Positions 50,801-59,869 of a stretch of DNA of 64,000 nucleotides are shown here, piece after piece. Positions within the stretch are counted from its first letter, which is position 1, and every line of letters starts with the position of its first letter. A model generated the notes under the pieces. That model made no database searches. It was given only the letters and a program-made list of their open reading frames with translations, and was not told the DNA's origin. This DNA is from a virus. The stretch is taken from IMG/VR virus record IMGVR_UViG_3300024348_000005, positions 1 through 64,000 of that record, one strand, 5' to 3'. The position numbers were made by a program, and so were the translations under genes.

Positions 50801-53019
50801 CGTTTGATTGTAGATTTAGTGGTGGTACCGCGGTATATATTCCTGGACCAACTCCTACACCAACTGCAACTCCTACTCCTACCCCAACACCAACACCTAC
50901 TGCGACACCAACGGCAACACCAACACCAACCCCAACCCCTACACCGACTCCTACCGCAACACCAACGGCAACACCAACACCTACCGCAACACCAACGGTA
51001 ACTCCTACCCCTACACCTACTCCAGAATGTAACTTCGATGTTGAAGTAATTGTTGTAACGAATACACCAACACCAACTCCTACACCAACGCCAAATTGTA
51101 ACTTTGATGTAGAGGTAATTGTAGTAACTAACACCCCTACACCGACTCCTACTCCAACGCCAGATTGTAACTTCGATGTGGAGGTAGTTATTGTTACCAA
51201 CACACCAACACCAACCCCAACCCCTACACCAGATTGTAACTTCGATGTGGAAGTCGTTGTAGTAACGAACACCCCTACACCTACACCAACCCCTACACCA
51301 GATTGTAACTTCGATGTTGAAGTAATTGTTGTAACGAATACACCAACACCAACCGCAACACCTACGGAGACGCCAACTCCGACACCAACCGCAACACCAG
51401 ATTGTAACTTCGATGTTGAGGTAATTGTGGTTACAAATACCCCTACACCAACACCAACCCCAACTGAAACTCCTTTGGATTGTAATTTCGATGTTGAAGT
51501 AATTGTTGTAACAAATACCCCGACACCTACTCCAACCGCAACACCTACGGAAACACCAACACCAACCCCAACAGTAACACCTACACCAACTGCAACTCCT
51601 ACACCGACTCCTACACCAACTGCAACCCCAACTGCAACCCCTACTCCTACACCAGATTGTAACTTCGATGTTGAGGTAATTGTGGTTACAAATACACCAA
51701 CTCCAACTCCAACACCAACTGCAACTCCTTTGGATTGTAACTTCGATGTTAAGGTAATTGTGGTTACAAATACGCCAACTCCTACACCGACTCCGACGCC
51801 TGAAACACCTACTCCAACCCCTACCGCAACACCTACACCTACGCCAACACCTGAGACCCCAACTCCTACACCTACACCAACCGCAACTCCAACTGCAACA
51901 CCAACTGCAACACCTACCCCTACACCAACCGCAACTCCAACTGCAACACCAACTGCAACACCTACCCCTACTCCGGAATGTAATTTTAATGTTGAGGTAA
52001 TTATTGTTACAAATACTCCTACCCCAACTCCTACACCTACACCAACCGCAACACCAACTGCAACTCCTACACCTACACCAACCGCAACACCAACTGCTAC
52101 ACCGACACCTACACCAACTGCGACCCCAACTCCTACACCAACACCGGCAACACCGACACCTACACCGACTCCTACACCAACTGCAACCCCTACACCAACA
52201 CCAACAGTGGACGCTAATTTCTATTTCTTAGCAGAAAGATATGAGTGTTTAGAAAATGGTAGTTGTAGTTACGTTGAGGATGTGATTGTAATGAACCCTA
52301 TAGATTTATCAATTCACCCATCGTCGCCTCGTTACAGGTTAGACCCTACAACAGGATATATTTTAAGAATAATAACAGAGGTGTCGCCACAAATTGCATT
52401 AATTACAAATATGTCAGGAGGAGGTAGTGCAATCTGTAGTGCTTATTGTGATCAACCAACCCCAACTCCTACCCCAACACCTACACCTGCTACTCCTACC
52501 CCAACTCCTACACCTGCAACGCCTACCCCAACACCAACACCATTACCTGGTTCAGGGTATTATAATGGCGGATATGGTTGTCAATTCTATACTTATGACC
52601 CTGGATTCCCAACTTGTGATCCAAATGCCACTCCAACACCAACACCAACATTAACTCCGATATCACAATGTACACAATTAAATTGGTCATTTAGTGAAAT
52701 GAACGGAGCACAGGGTGTATTTGAGTTATATGTAAACTCAATACTTGTAGAAAGTAGAGCGTCAACTTCAAATGGAAGTTACACGGTTTGTCTTAATGAT
52801 ACAATAGAAGTTGAGGTGTTCTGTAATGCATGTGAAGATTCACCAAATGTACATTCAAACGCGTATTCAACATCTGATAAATTTGTATTAACAGACGCCG
52901 CGTGTACTCAGAATGGTACTGCATCTATGATAACAGGAACTTATACTGTGGTATCGGGTGATATTGGAACACCGTTTAGTGTAAATACATTCGCCGAATG
53001 TGAATATGGATGTTTATAA
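47806..53019 (+). CDS. Baseplate wedge/fibre-attachment protein (P2 gpI/T4 gp7-like) with long Pro/Thr and [10 protein letters not shown] repeat arm
   Basis: [13 protein letters not shown] and [28 protein letters not shown] (gpI-like); repeat arm ~50850-52660; Cys-rich C-terminal domains. Confidence 0.7.
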   Translation: MAKYKVPSQAANGSQTFSDNLIGVQITDGTSQLTNTNFALDKTIPERDAKNFKTNPFSDFLTLDDLKIEESAPITQSKLEKNQSVKFRDSKKDSGKSLYGSLKSRIGVAVTKIIKFFPASVMVDIDSPKSQSGLTAYNITYNQNTKRTRLDIELGMFYNPFDILFTKPNTNTVVTVDNPIRNFYSSYKKYVIELSGVTYNIVSYVEPNTKNKITLTVLGNPFNGQTTTTKNILIRPNDGVKEEFFIGLDDLESSLLNRETLPIYQSTFKVPRDIKNGSVTSLLDVKYNWPISKDNYNLQIVGIGYDEYINNLIDVADEIDEYKSNLLVRFLSSPQLFEFDSDDKKAESVFQLYGQSFDKVKKYIDNIAYMRNVSYDGVNNLPDILLKNLSNTLGLSTINLFDEKDLNELLYTRTDTQYSGLTVGTTIVDAENEFYRRLLVNLSYIYKSKGTRSSIEFFLKFLGAPEPLIKIDEYVYNIVSLPKSFNIDSEIRSVIMGDKTDLIISGFTPSTYSYSTGTTLASTTYTREEYPVTTDGLPRGYSSVTNNNFFQQGSGWYDMTLDHRSSTTLDIENSTTTGRTKTIKTKNKPYTYGEEYFDIFRSLPGLDTGFEIVSKVDNNQKQIVNNNSTLILNRKNISVYLSSANVMDFDIYRKSRDLELSFGSNTLLPQTGYTFAEYVDRMLHDQIRNSHVIKYKKNYITLEDIHQDYITNSNFTPYNFPSVNEFVNKIGPYWTQVLDQVIPSTTLWTGGNLIQNGIFGRPKYSYRFGCKPKEIIENVYPKPITSGYQPFQDEIEQFDEYYEFSTEIDETGESSHDGYIRFFPTFELDGVLFSGSSNNSSTYVLISGSTPTATSARLYTGNGNEIITNNPSLYSNDFNQIKQLWKNAITGTTEYINTCTDCLYSSYTTDLFGRNNEYADEISYSGISGSTQYFNDFGYSQGYVPLLKSIRKKLLTVSFFTDNNGEEKMKVTSFSYGPNDGTICKSFVFGLDGFGDNDAFDCRFSGGTAVYIPGPTPTPTATPTPTPTPTPTATPTATPTPTPTPTPTPTATPTATPTPTATPTVTPTPTPTPECNFDVEVIVVTNTPTPTPTPTPNCNFDVEVIVVTNTPTPTPTPTPDCNFDVEVVIVTNTPTPTPTPTPDCNFDVEVVVVTNTPTPTPTPTPDCNFDVEVIVVTNTPTPTATPTETPTPTPTATPDCNFDVEVIVVTNTPTPTPTPTETPLDCNFDVEVIVVTNTPTPTPTATPTETPTPTPTVTPTPTATPTPTPTPTATPTATPTPTPDCNFDVEVIVVTNTPTPTPTPTATPLDCNFDVKVIVVTNTPTPTPTPTPETPTPTPTATPTPTPTPETPTPTPTPTATPTATPTATPTPTPTATPTATPTATPTPTPECNFNVEVIIVTNTPTPTPTPTPTATPTATPTPTPTATPTATPTPTPTATPTPTPTPATPTPTPTPTPTATPTPTPTVDANFYFLAERYECLENGSCSYVEDVIVMNPIDLSIHPSSPRYRLDPTTGYILRIITEVSPQIALITNMSGGGSAICSAYCDQPTPTPTPTPTPATPTPTPTPATPTPTPTPLPGSGYYNGGYGCQFYTYDPGFPTCDPNATPTPTPTLTPISQCTQLNWSFSEMNGAQGVFELYVNSILVESRASTSNGSYTVCLNDTIEVEVFCNACEDSPNVHSNAYSTSDKFVLTDAACTQNGTASMITGTYTVVSGDIGTPFSVNTFAECEYGCL
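50848..52660 (+). repeat. In-frame low-complexity array: (PT/PTA)n linkers interrupted by 10 copies of CNF(D/N)V(E/K)V(I/V)(V/I)VTNT
   Basis: Counted in the translation. DNA copies vary mainly at third codon positions. Confidence 0.95.
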
Positions 53020-53108
53020 AATACATTATCAATAAAAAATATAGAAAACTCTTTTTCCATAAAAAATAAAACAAAATAAACAGATATTTATAATAAAAAA
53101 AAGAAAAC

Positions 53109-53639
53109 ATGCAAGTAACATTTTATCTAACTCAGGCGTCAGCAAATACCGCCGCTGGACCTTTTAACATATCAGGAACAACATCGGGAGGTGCTGCGAA
53201 TACTGTAGAAATACAGGCGGGAGTGTCAAAGTCAACATTACTAGCGGGTTATACCGAAGAAATTGCCAATAACATAACAGGAGGTACCGTTACAAGTACA
53301 GGTGCAACATGTAACACAACTGATACATGGAGTATTAATGAATTGTATGTTACACCAACCCCAACCCCATCACCTGTACCATATGCTGAATATACCGGTT
53401 CTGGTTATGGAAGTAATGTTGGATCCGCATGTAACGATGCATCAACGGCCAATGGTGGTCTTGGTAGAACATTATATTCAGATTGTGAATCTTCCGAATT
53501 TGGTGTTAATTGTTATGTTTATTCAGACGATTTCGGTAATGCATTAACTGGATACAATAATGTATTCATGCACGCATCAAATTGGGATATTAGTTCGGTG
53601 ACAGGAAGGATAACCGCACTATCGTCAGAGCAATGTTAA
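53109..53639 (+). CDS. Small modular fibre/decoration protein (N-domain, PT linker, Cys-bounded domain)
   Basis: Own late motif at 53085; TPTPTPSP linker; ends in Cys. Confidence 0.7.
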   Translation: MQVTFYLTQASANTAAGPFNISGTTSGGAANTVEIQAGVSKSTLLAGYTEEIANNITGGTVTSTGATCNTTDTWSINELYVTPTPTPSPVPYAEYTGSGYGSNVGSACNDASTANGGLGRTLYSDCESSEFGVNCYVYSDDFGNALTGYNNVFMHASNWDISSVTGRITALSSEQC

Positions 53640-53665
53640 TTGGTGATTTAAAACTATACAATTTT

Positions 53666-53697
53666 AAAACCCCTTTATTATAAGGGGTTTTTTATTT
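53666..53697 (+). terminator. Intrinsic terminator (possibly bidirectional)
   Basis: AAAACCCCTT-TATTAT-AAGGGGTTTT followed by more T. Confidence 0.8.
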
Positions 53698-53725
53698 AAT
53701 TTATATCTAACAGTATTTATAGTAT

Positions 53726-55093
53726 ATGTCATTTTCAGTTAGAATAAGTGGAGTTACAATTGGGTTGTCGATATTAAACGTCAACATACAAGCCTGTTCC
53801 GATATAAACGGTTCAGTTGGATGTACAACCGTTGTAACAAACGTTCCGAGAGCGGGATTTCCGATGTTTGTTGATGTACCCGATAATACATATTCAGTAA
53901 AATTAGTTGCGTCGAATATTAATGATGGGGAAGATAGTAATGGAAATCTTTGTTCACCATCACCATTGGTAATTGCATTAAATAACAGACCAACACCGAC
54001 ACCTACAGCAACACCAACACCTACACCAACACCTACACCAACAGCAACACCAACACCAACAGCAACACCTACACCAACAGCAACACCAACAGCAACACCA
54101 ACAGCAACAGCAACCCCTACACCAACCCCAACACCAACGGCAACTCCTACACCAACACCTACGCCAACACCTACACCAACAGCAACGCCAACACCAACAG
54201 CAACTGAAACACCATATTATTTACAATTAAGTCGTTGTGATTCTGCACCAAACACAGTTACTGGTTGGACACTGAATACTTATACACAATCACAAATAAT
54301 GGTTGGTAATATATTCTTATCAGCCGGTGGTTACTATTATCAAGTTATTAACTATCAAACAGCACAACCAAACCCAGCGGGAATTATAGATGGTACTAAA
54401 GCGGGAGCACAATATCAAACATGTTCCGACACGCCTGGAGCCTATGTGGAACCACCAGATAATCCTGGTGTTAGTTTATTAATACATACTGGTCAAACAT
54501 TCAATAATAGTAGTACACCTTGTGCTATGTACGAGTCATCAATTGCAACAAATAGTGGTACAGTATACTTAAGTGGGCATACAATACCAGCAAATGGTGA
54601 CTACGCGTACACAACTGCGGTTTGTAATGAAACATATGCCGGAGATTCAAACTATTATGCTTCTCTTGCGAATAGTAGTAGATATGCGTTTACAATTGGA
54701 AGTGGTGGATATATTAATAACGTTGTTCAATGTGGTGTAATACCAACCGCAACGCCAACGCCAACCCCTAGTCCAACACCTACATCGGTAGTGTTATATG
54801 GAATATTTAGATCTACAGGATTATCGACTTTTAATGGTCATTGTAATAACAACTATGTAACCAATGCTCAATTCTATGGTCAAACAACATCACCTAATAG
54901 TTTATATGGAACCATTGTGTATGCAGATACAGAATATACACCATTTGACGGTGGTAGTTTATGGTATGCTTTAGGTAATGATAGTCAATCTAATACAAAT
55001 GATTTACCATACTATTCAATACAAATCATTAGTACTGGTGAGGTAACTAGTGTACAATATTTAACAAGTTGTTCTAGTGGTTCTCAAGCATAA
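53726..55093 (+). CDS. Modular fibre/adhesin protein with PT linkers and Cys-bounded domains
   Basis: N-domain, ~70 aa PT tract, then three small Cys-bounded domains; own late motif at 53714. Confidence 0.7.
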   Translation: MSFSVRISGVTIGLSILNVNIQACSDINGSVGCTTVVTNVPRAGFPMFVDVPDNTYSVKLVASNINDGEDSNGNLCSPSPLVIALNNRPTPTPTATPTPTPTPTPTATPTPTATPTPTATPTATPTATATPTPTPTPTATPTPTPTPTPTPTATPTPTATETPYYLQLSRCDSAPNTVTGWTLNTYTQSQIMVGNIFLSAGGYYYQVINYQTAQPNPAGIIDGTKAGAQYQTCSDTPGAYVEPPDNPGVSLLIHTGQTFNNSSTPCAMYESSIATNSGTVYLSGHTIPANGDYAYTTAVCNETYAGDSNYYASLANSSRYAFTIGSGGYINNVVQCGVIPTATPTPTPSPTPTSVVLYGIFRSTGLSTFNGHCNNNYVTNAQFYGQTTSPNSLYGTIVYADTEYTPFDGGSLWYALGNDSQSNTNDLPYYSIQIISTGEVTSVQYLTSCSSGSQA

Positions 55094-55118
55094 AATAAAA
55101 AAAAGATATTTATAACAT

Positions 55119-57266
55119 ATGAGTTTTTTAAACAATAACAATTCAGAATTCTTATCCGCAAGGATAACCCAAAAGGGTAGAAATGCCATTGCTAAAGGTA
55201 GTTTCAATATAGAATATTTTCAAATTGGTGATTCTGAATTTGATTATAACACAGTGTTCTCAACACTAACAGGTCAAACGACACATCAAAAAGTAATGTC
55301 ACCTTTTGACAAAGAAAGTGGTATAAAGTATCCTATTAAATTAGACTCATCAACAAATACGACAACATATGGTGTACCTGTTTTAAATCCAAACAACGAA
55401 CCAACACCAATAAGAAATGACATGGGACCGGCTGGGTTTGTCACAAATTATAGTGGAGGAACCCCAAGTGTTGAATGTAAAACACAATCAATATCCTATA
55501 CAAAATTAAGTGGATCAACAGGTTTAGATGTATTAACTGGTAGTACCTTTCAAAATTGTGAATATATCACTTTAGTGTTTGATACATTTGGAACAAATAA
55601 TGTTATTACAGGTAAAACAAATAGTTTAGTTTACAAAGTTCTTAGTATTAGTGGTAACACATTAAACTTAGACAGAAACATAATTAACCTTTCAACATTA
55701 AGTGGTAACGTTCAAGTTGTCTGTAATAATTGTGAACAAGAATACCCAATTGAATTGGACATATATGATGTGAGTGGTTACATGTTAGAACCAATTAATC
55801 AAACACAACAATTAAATTCGTGGACAATGAATACCGTTTGGACACAAAAACCAATCGGTGCAGATTATAACGGTACAGATGAAACATTAGCGGGATATGA
55901 CGGTAATCAATATGTTTCAACAAAAGAATTATTAGGATATACCTCAACAGGACAAACGTTCGTTCCTTTTAATGGTTTATCAACAAGTGGAATTACAATT
56001 ACAGGGACAACATACAAAAATTCATTTGATGAATTAATAGAAGTGACACCATCAGAACAAAGATGTATAGCAATAATTCATTATTCTGAGTTGGGTGATT
56101 TAAGATACGATACAGAAAGATTTTATAAGTACGATGATTATATAAGTCACAAAACAGGAACCACAAGTTCTGATATATCAATTGTAGAAGATTATGATAG
56201 AGAAAATGATTTAAGAGATTTAAGTGATAGTGAATATTTTGAAATTTATATTCCTTTCATTTATTATCATAGAAATACGGGTACAACAATGGGTGCAAGA
56301 TTCTTTATGGATACCACAGACTATTATGTAAAATCAACAAAGAACGCCAAACATCAATTACTATTTAGATTTTTAGTTGACGAACAAAACAACAAAGTAG
56401 GTAAGGTATTTGTAAAAAATAAAATCGTTGTTTTTGATGACCAAGAATTAGTTGCAATATTAGATTACAGGTCTAACAGAAAATATACATTACCCGCACC
56501 AAAAATATCGACAGTTCCAAGTGATACTGTAACCGCAAACTCATTATTAACATCAACAGGACAAACCGCCTACGTTACTTATGTTTTTGCCAATACAAGT
56601 GGAACAACGATGAATGCTTTACCTTGTAATTATTATTCTAAAATTACAGGAACAACAACACCTTCACAGGTTACAATGAAATTTAGTGGAAACACTTCCT
56701 TTAATACTTTAAAAACTTCATTTTCAGGTGTTACTGACGGATTTGTTGCGGATAAATTTTATGCCTTAGTTCAAGTTTCAACAGGAACAACAACTAATAG
56801 TTCAGATTGGAAGGCAATTGATTTAACAACAAGTGCAATTAAAACAAATGGTTTTATAGATCCGTCGAAAATTACAGGAACAACATTCACATTATATTAT
56901 TCAGGTTACACGGCAGCATCTATCTTCGATTTGGAAGATCATATGTCGGGAGTTAGTTCTAATTATTTAGGAACCTCAGGAGCAACTGACTATAACGTAA
57001 CAACACCACAATTTGGTGACGAACAACCATTCCCCGGTAGTATTAGATTTGTAAGGGCGACGGATGTTGAACAACTTAACTTTTTAGTTAATCTACCCTC
57101 AAGTACATTTACCACATCACAAAACCCATCTTACACAAGTGGATATCCGGTGATTACAGAAATTGCTTTATTAGATTCCAATAAAGAACCTTTGGTTGTT
57201 GGAAAACCATCATATCCAGTTAAAAGAATTGGAGCTCAAGTATTTGCTATCAAATTAGACTTCTAA
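55119..57266 (+). CDS. Tail-collar/fibre attachment protein (P2 gpH N-terminal/gp8-like)
   Basis: ARITQKGRNAIAKG.F.IEYFQIGDSE.DY and C-terminal VITEIALLDSNKE.LVVGK.S.PVKR. Confidence 0.65.
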   Translation: MSFLNNNNSEFLSARITQKGRNAIAKGSFNIEYFQIGDSEFDYNTVFSTLTGQTTHQKVMSPFDKESGIKYPIKLDSSTNTTTYGVPVLNPNNEPTPIRNDMGPAGFVTNYSGGTPSVECKTQSISYTKLSGSTGLDVLTGSTFQNCEYITLVFDTFGTNNVITGKTNSLVYKVLSISGNTLNLDRNIINLSTLSGNVQVVCNNCEQEYPIELDIYDVSGYMLEPINQTQQLNSWTMNTVWTQKPIGADYNGTDETLAGYDGNQYVSTKELLGYTSTGQTFVPFNGLSTSGITITGTTYKNSFDELIEVTPSEQRCIAIIHYSELGDLRYDTERFYKYDDYISHKTGTTSSDISIVEDYDRENDLRDLSDSEYFEIYIPFIYYHRNTGTTMGARFFMDTTDYYVKSTKNAKHQLLFRFLVDEQNNKVGKVFVKNKIVVFDDQELVAILDYRSNRKYTLPAPKISTVPSDTVTANSLLTSTGQTAYVTYVFANTSGTTMNALPCNYYSKITGTTTPSQVTMKFSGNTSFNTLKTSFSGVTDGFVADKFYALVQVSTGTTTNSSDWKAIDLTTSAIKTNGFIDPSKITGTTFTLYYSGYTAASIFDLEDHMSGVSSNYLGTSGATDYNVTTPQFGDEQPFPGSIRFVRATDVEQLNFLVNLPSSTFTTSQNPSYTSGYPVITEIALLDSNKEPLVVGKPSYPVKRIGAQVFAIKLDF

Positions 57267-57305
57267 GACTTTACATTACTAGAAATATTATTTATATATT
57301 ATTAT

Positions 57306-57923
57306 ATGAGTATAGATGTAAATTTTAAAAACAAACCAAAAATTCTAGGTCTTGACATTAGTACCAAGACAATAGGTTTTGCATTATTTGACATGAGTGG
57401 TTCTAAATTATTAGAGTTGACTCATTTCTCACCAAAAATTAAACCTCAACCTGAAGATAAGATTGAGGAGTTAATAAAAAAGGCAGACGCTTTCAAAAAA
57501 CATTTAGAGGGTTATAAAGATATGGGTATTGTTAAAGTGGTAATTGAAGAACCACTTTTACAATCAAACAACATTTACACCATTGGAACTTTACTAAGAT
57601 ATAACACATTAATTCTTAAAAATTGTTATGATGTATTGGGGGTCTTACCAACATTTATATCAACTTACAACTCAAGAAAATTCGCATTCCCCGATTTAGT
57701 GGGTCCAAATGACAAGGGACGTAATGTTTTATTTGGTGGTTATCCAAAAGACATAGATAAAAAACACGTAATATGGGAACATGTTAACAGTGTGTGTCCT
57801 GATATTGAATGGTTATATGGTAAAACCGGTAACCTTAGAAAAGAAAATTATGACATGGCAGATGCCGCGTGTTGTGTGATTGGATATGTTAATATGAATA
57901 AATTAGAAAAATCCGGCAACTAA
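57306..57923 (+). CDS. ruvC: RuvC-like Holliday junction resolvase
   Basis: ILGLDISTKTIGFA, VVIEEP, YDMADAAC (RNase H-fold acidic residues). Confidence 0.85.
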   Translation: MSIDVNFKNKPKILGLDISTKTIGFALFDMSGSKLLELTHFSPKIKPQPEDKIEELIKKADAFKKHLEGYKDMGIVKVVIEEPLLQSNNIYTIGTLLRYNTLILKNCYDVLGVLPTFISTYNSRKFAFPDLVGPNDKGRNVLFGGYPKDIDKKHVIWEHVNSVCPDIEWLYGKTGNLRKENYDMADAACCVIGYVNMNKLEKSGN

Positions 57924-57926
57924 CAT

Positions 57927-57955
57927 TTTACATTAACGATTAGTTAGTGTATACT
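57927..57955 (+). promoter_or_regulatory. Sigma70-like promoter TTTACA-N17-TATACT
   Basis: Exact 17-nt spacing; lies directly upstream of a structured GC-rich segment. Confidence 0.7.
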
Positions 57956-57961
57956 TATAGT

Positions 57962-58036
57962 ACAGGACGGGACTTGTAGAAATACAAGTTGAGTTGGTAC
58001 GGGAGTCGAGGTGGTGTTCGGCTCCCATTTTTTTTT
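57962..58036 (+). ncRNA. Candidate ~75-nt small RNA (two hairpins, intrinsic terminator)
   Basis: GACTTGTA-GAAA-TACAAGTT hairpin, then GGGAGTCGAG-GTGGTG-TTCGGCTCCC hairpin plus A and T9; no ATG-initiated ORF inside; own promoter. Confidence 0.6.
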
Positions 58037-58065
58037 ATAACATTTTTTTCGTATTATTCATTAAT

Positions 58066-59007
58066 ATGGACACTCAAGAAATAGATTACACACCGGTTTT
58101 TGAAATTTTAGAAGATATTTTTGGGGATTATAAAAACCACAATGACTACCGATGTCAGGTTTCATTCGATTGTCCAGTATGTTCATACGACATTAAAAAT
58201 TTAGAAAGGGGAGACGGGAAGGGGAATTTAGAAGTCAATTACAGATACGGTGTTTATAAATGTTGGGTGTGCGCTGAGACACATGAGACACACGGTTCAA
58301 TATTCAAGTTAATAAAAAAATACGGAACACCAAAACAACTTAAGAAATACGAATTACTTAGACCGGACGATACCGAAGATTCAACAAAGAGAGTTTACAA
58401 ACAAGTAAGATTACCAAAAGAATTTATCCCATTTAAAGATGCTAGTATGGGGTTAAAATTAACTCCACAATATAAACAAGCACTTGCATATATAAAGAAA
58501 AGAAATATAACTGACCTAATGTTACAAATATATAACATTGGTTTTTGTTATAATGGATTATATGAAAACAGAATAATTATCCCTTCATATGATGAAGAAA
58601 AAAGATTAAATTATTTTGTTGCTCGCTCTTACCTATCTAAAACAAAATTAAAGTATAAAAACCCTGAAGCTCAAAAAGAAATTATCATATTCAATGAAAA
58701 CCTTATTAATTGGGATGAAACGATTTATATTGTTGAAGGGGCTTTCGATAGTATATTCATACCAAATGCAATACCTATGTTGGGTAAGTTTATGAGTGAC
58801 CATTTATTCAAAAAACTTTATGAAAATGCAAAGAAAATTGTAATAGTATTAGACCCCGATGCGTGGGATGATGCTGAACGATTATATCACAGGGTTAATT
58901 GTGGTAAATTAATGGGTAAAGTTTGGATTGTTAAATTAGAAGGTGACAAAGATATTGCCGATTTGAAGGGGGATTTAAGTGAATATAAAATAAAACAAAT
59001 AGATTAA
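58066..59007 (+). CDS. dnaG: DNA primase (Zn-binding + TOPRIM; gp61/DnaG-like)
   Basis: CPVC...CWVC zinc motif, RIIIPSYD, YFVARSY, KYKNP, IVEGAFD, LDPDA, KDIAD; ATG at 58066. Confidence 0.9.
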   Translation: MDTQEIDYTPVFEILEDIFGDYKNHNDYRCQVSFDCPVCSYDIKNLERGDGKGNLEVNYRYGVYKCWVCAETHETHGSIFKLIKKYGTPKQLKKYELLRPDDTEDSTKRVYKQVRLPKEFIPFKDASMGLKLTPQYKQALAYIKKRNITDLMLQIYNIGFCYNGLYENRIIIPSYDEEKRLNYFVARSYLSKTKLKYKNPEAQKEIIIFNENLINWDETIYIVEGAFDSIFIPNAIPMLGKFMSDHLFKKLYENAKKIVIVLDPDAWDDAERLYHRVNCGKLMGKVWIVKLEGDKDIADLKGDLSEYKIKQID

Positions 59008-59008
59008 T

Positions 59009-59869
59009 ATGAATTTAAACGACATCTCATTAGAGATTAATGAGTTATTAGAAGAGAGAAGAAAACAATTAGAGTTAACCTTTATTGAAGACGAACACAT
59101 ATATTACATGAAAGATTTGGATGGACAAGTCAAAAGAAATTTTCCGTCTGTTTCTAAAATTATAAAAAAATTCCACAAACCATTTGATGCCGAGGGTATG
59201 GCATTAAAGATGTCCAAAGGTGATCCTGAAGGTCAATCACAATTACTTGCGGAGTGGAAACAAGCCGGTGATTTATCCACTAATATGGGTAGTAGGGTTC
59301 ACTTTGAATTGGAATCTGATACTATCAGTCGTTTTGGTAACTATAAAGAAGTAAGACAACCTATATTTGAAATTAACGAAGAACAACAACGTAAGAGTGA
59401 TAACATGATTATTGCAGGAAAACAATTCCTTGATTTAATGTTAGAACGAGGTGGTGTTTTATTGGATACAGAAATTGTATTAGGTGACCCTGAAGAACAA
59501 TATACAGGACAACCAGATAAAGTATGGTTGATGCAAAACAAAGAGAAGGACGGATTTGGTTTTGTTATTACAGATTGGAAAACAAATCAACCAAAAAACT
59601 TTGAGGTACATCATTATACAGGTAGATTATATCCACCATTTAACAACTATCACGATAACGCTTTAGGTCATTATTTTTTACAACTTCCACTATACGGTAG
59701 ATTATTACGTAAGATGTTAGAAGGTACAAAATATAGTGACACTAAATTATTAGGTAACGTTGTAGTTTTATTAAAAGACGATGCAACATTTGTGGAATAT
59801 AAAGTCCCAACACAAATTAATAACGCAATCCTTTCGATGGACCTATCAAATTATATTAAAAGATGGTAA
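59009..59869 (+). CDS. PD-(D/E)XK exonuclease (RecB/Cas4-like)
   Basis: PSVSKII, GSRVH, TEIVL, GQPDKV, TDWKTN, YFLQLPLY. Confidence 0.85.
   Translation: MNLNDISLEINELLEERRKQLELTFIEDEHIYYMKDLDGQVKRNFPSVSKIIKKFHKPFDAEGMALKMSKGDPEGQSQLLAEWKQAGDLSTNMGSRVHFELESDTISRFGNYKEVRQPIFEINEEQQRKSDNMIIAGKQFLDLMLERGGVLLDTEIVLGDPEEQYTGQPDKVWLMQNKEKDGFGFVITDWKTNQPKNFEVHHYTGRLYPPFNNYHDNALGHYFLQLPLYGRLLRKMLEGTKYSDTKLLGNVVVLLKDDATFVEYKVPTQINNAILSMDLSNYIKRW

Larger units (their letters stand above)
4976..55114. promoter_or_regulatory. Recurrent putative late-promoter motif TATTTAT(A/T)
   Basis: Found upstream of virion transcription units at 4976(-), 6984, 9001, 12201, 13719, 15667, 26606, 36200, 38538, 46870, 53085, 53714 and 55107, and at 8949(-) before the RHH gene. 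Confidence 0.7.

Noticed and set aside
51020-52020. CRISPR-like look of ~40-nt DNA repeats (GATTGTAACTTCGATGTTGA...) separated by spacers
   Set aside because: Repeats are in frame within a CDS and vary at synonymous positions; the spacers are low-complexity Pro/Thr codons; no cas genes are present.
50625-52654. Antisense Gly-Val ORF and alternative-frame Gln/His/Leu ORFs (also 44900-45217)
   Set aside because: Shadows of PT-repeat codons, which lack stops in other frames.
44106-57266. Diversity-generating retroelement acting on fibre genes
   Set aside because: No reverse transcriptase and no TR/VR pair differing only at adenines was found in the window.
57961-58036. tRNA or tRNA fragment
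   Set aside because: No cloverleaf, acceptor stem or proper T-arm; kept as an sRNA candidate instead.
59009-59869. Cas4 as evidence of a CRISPR system
   Set aside because: The protein lacks the Fe-S Cys cluster and sits in a replication operon; it is a generic PD-(D/E)XK exonuclease.
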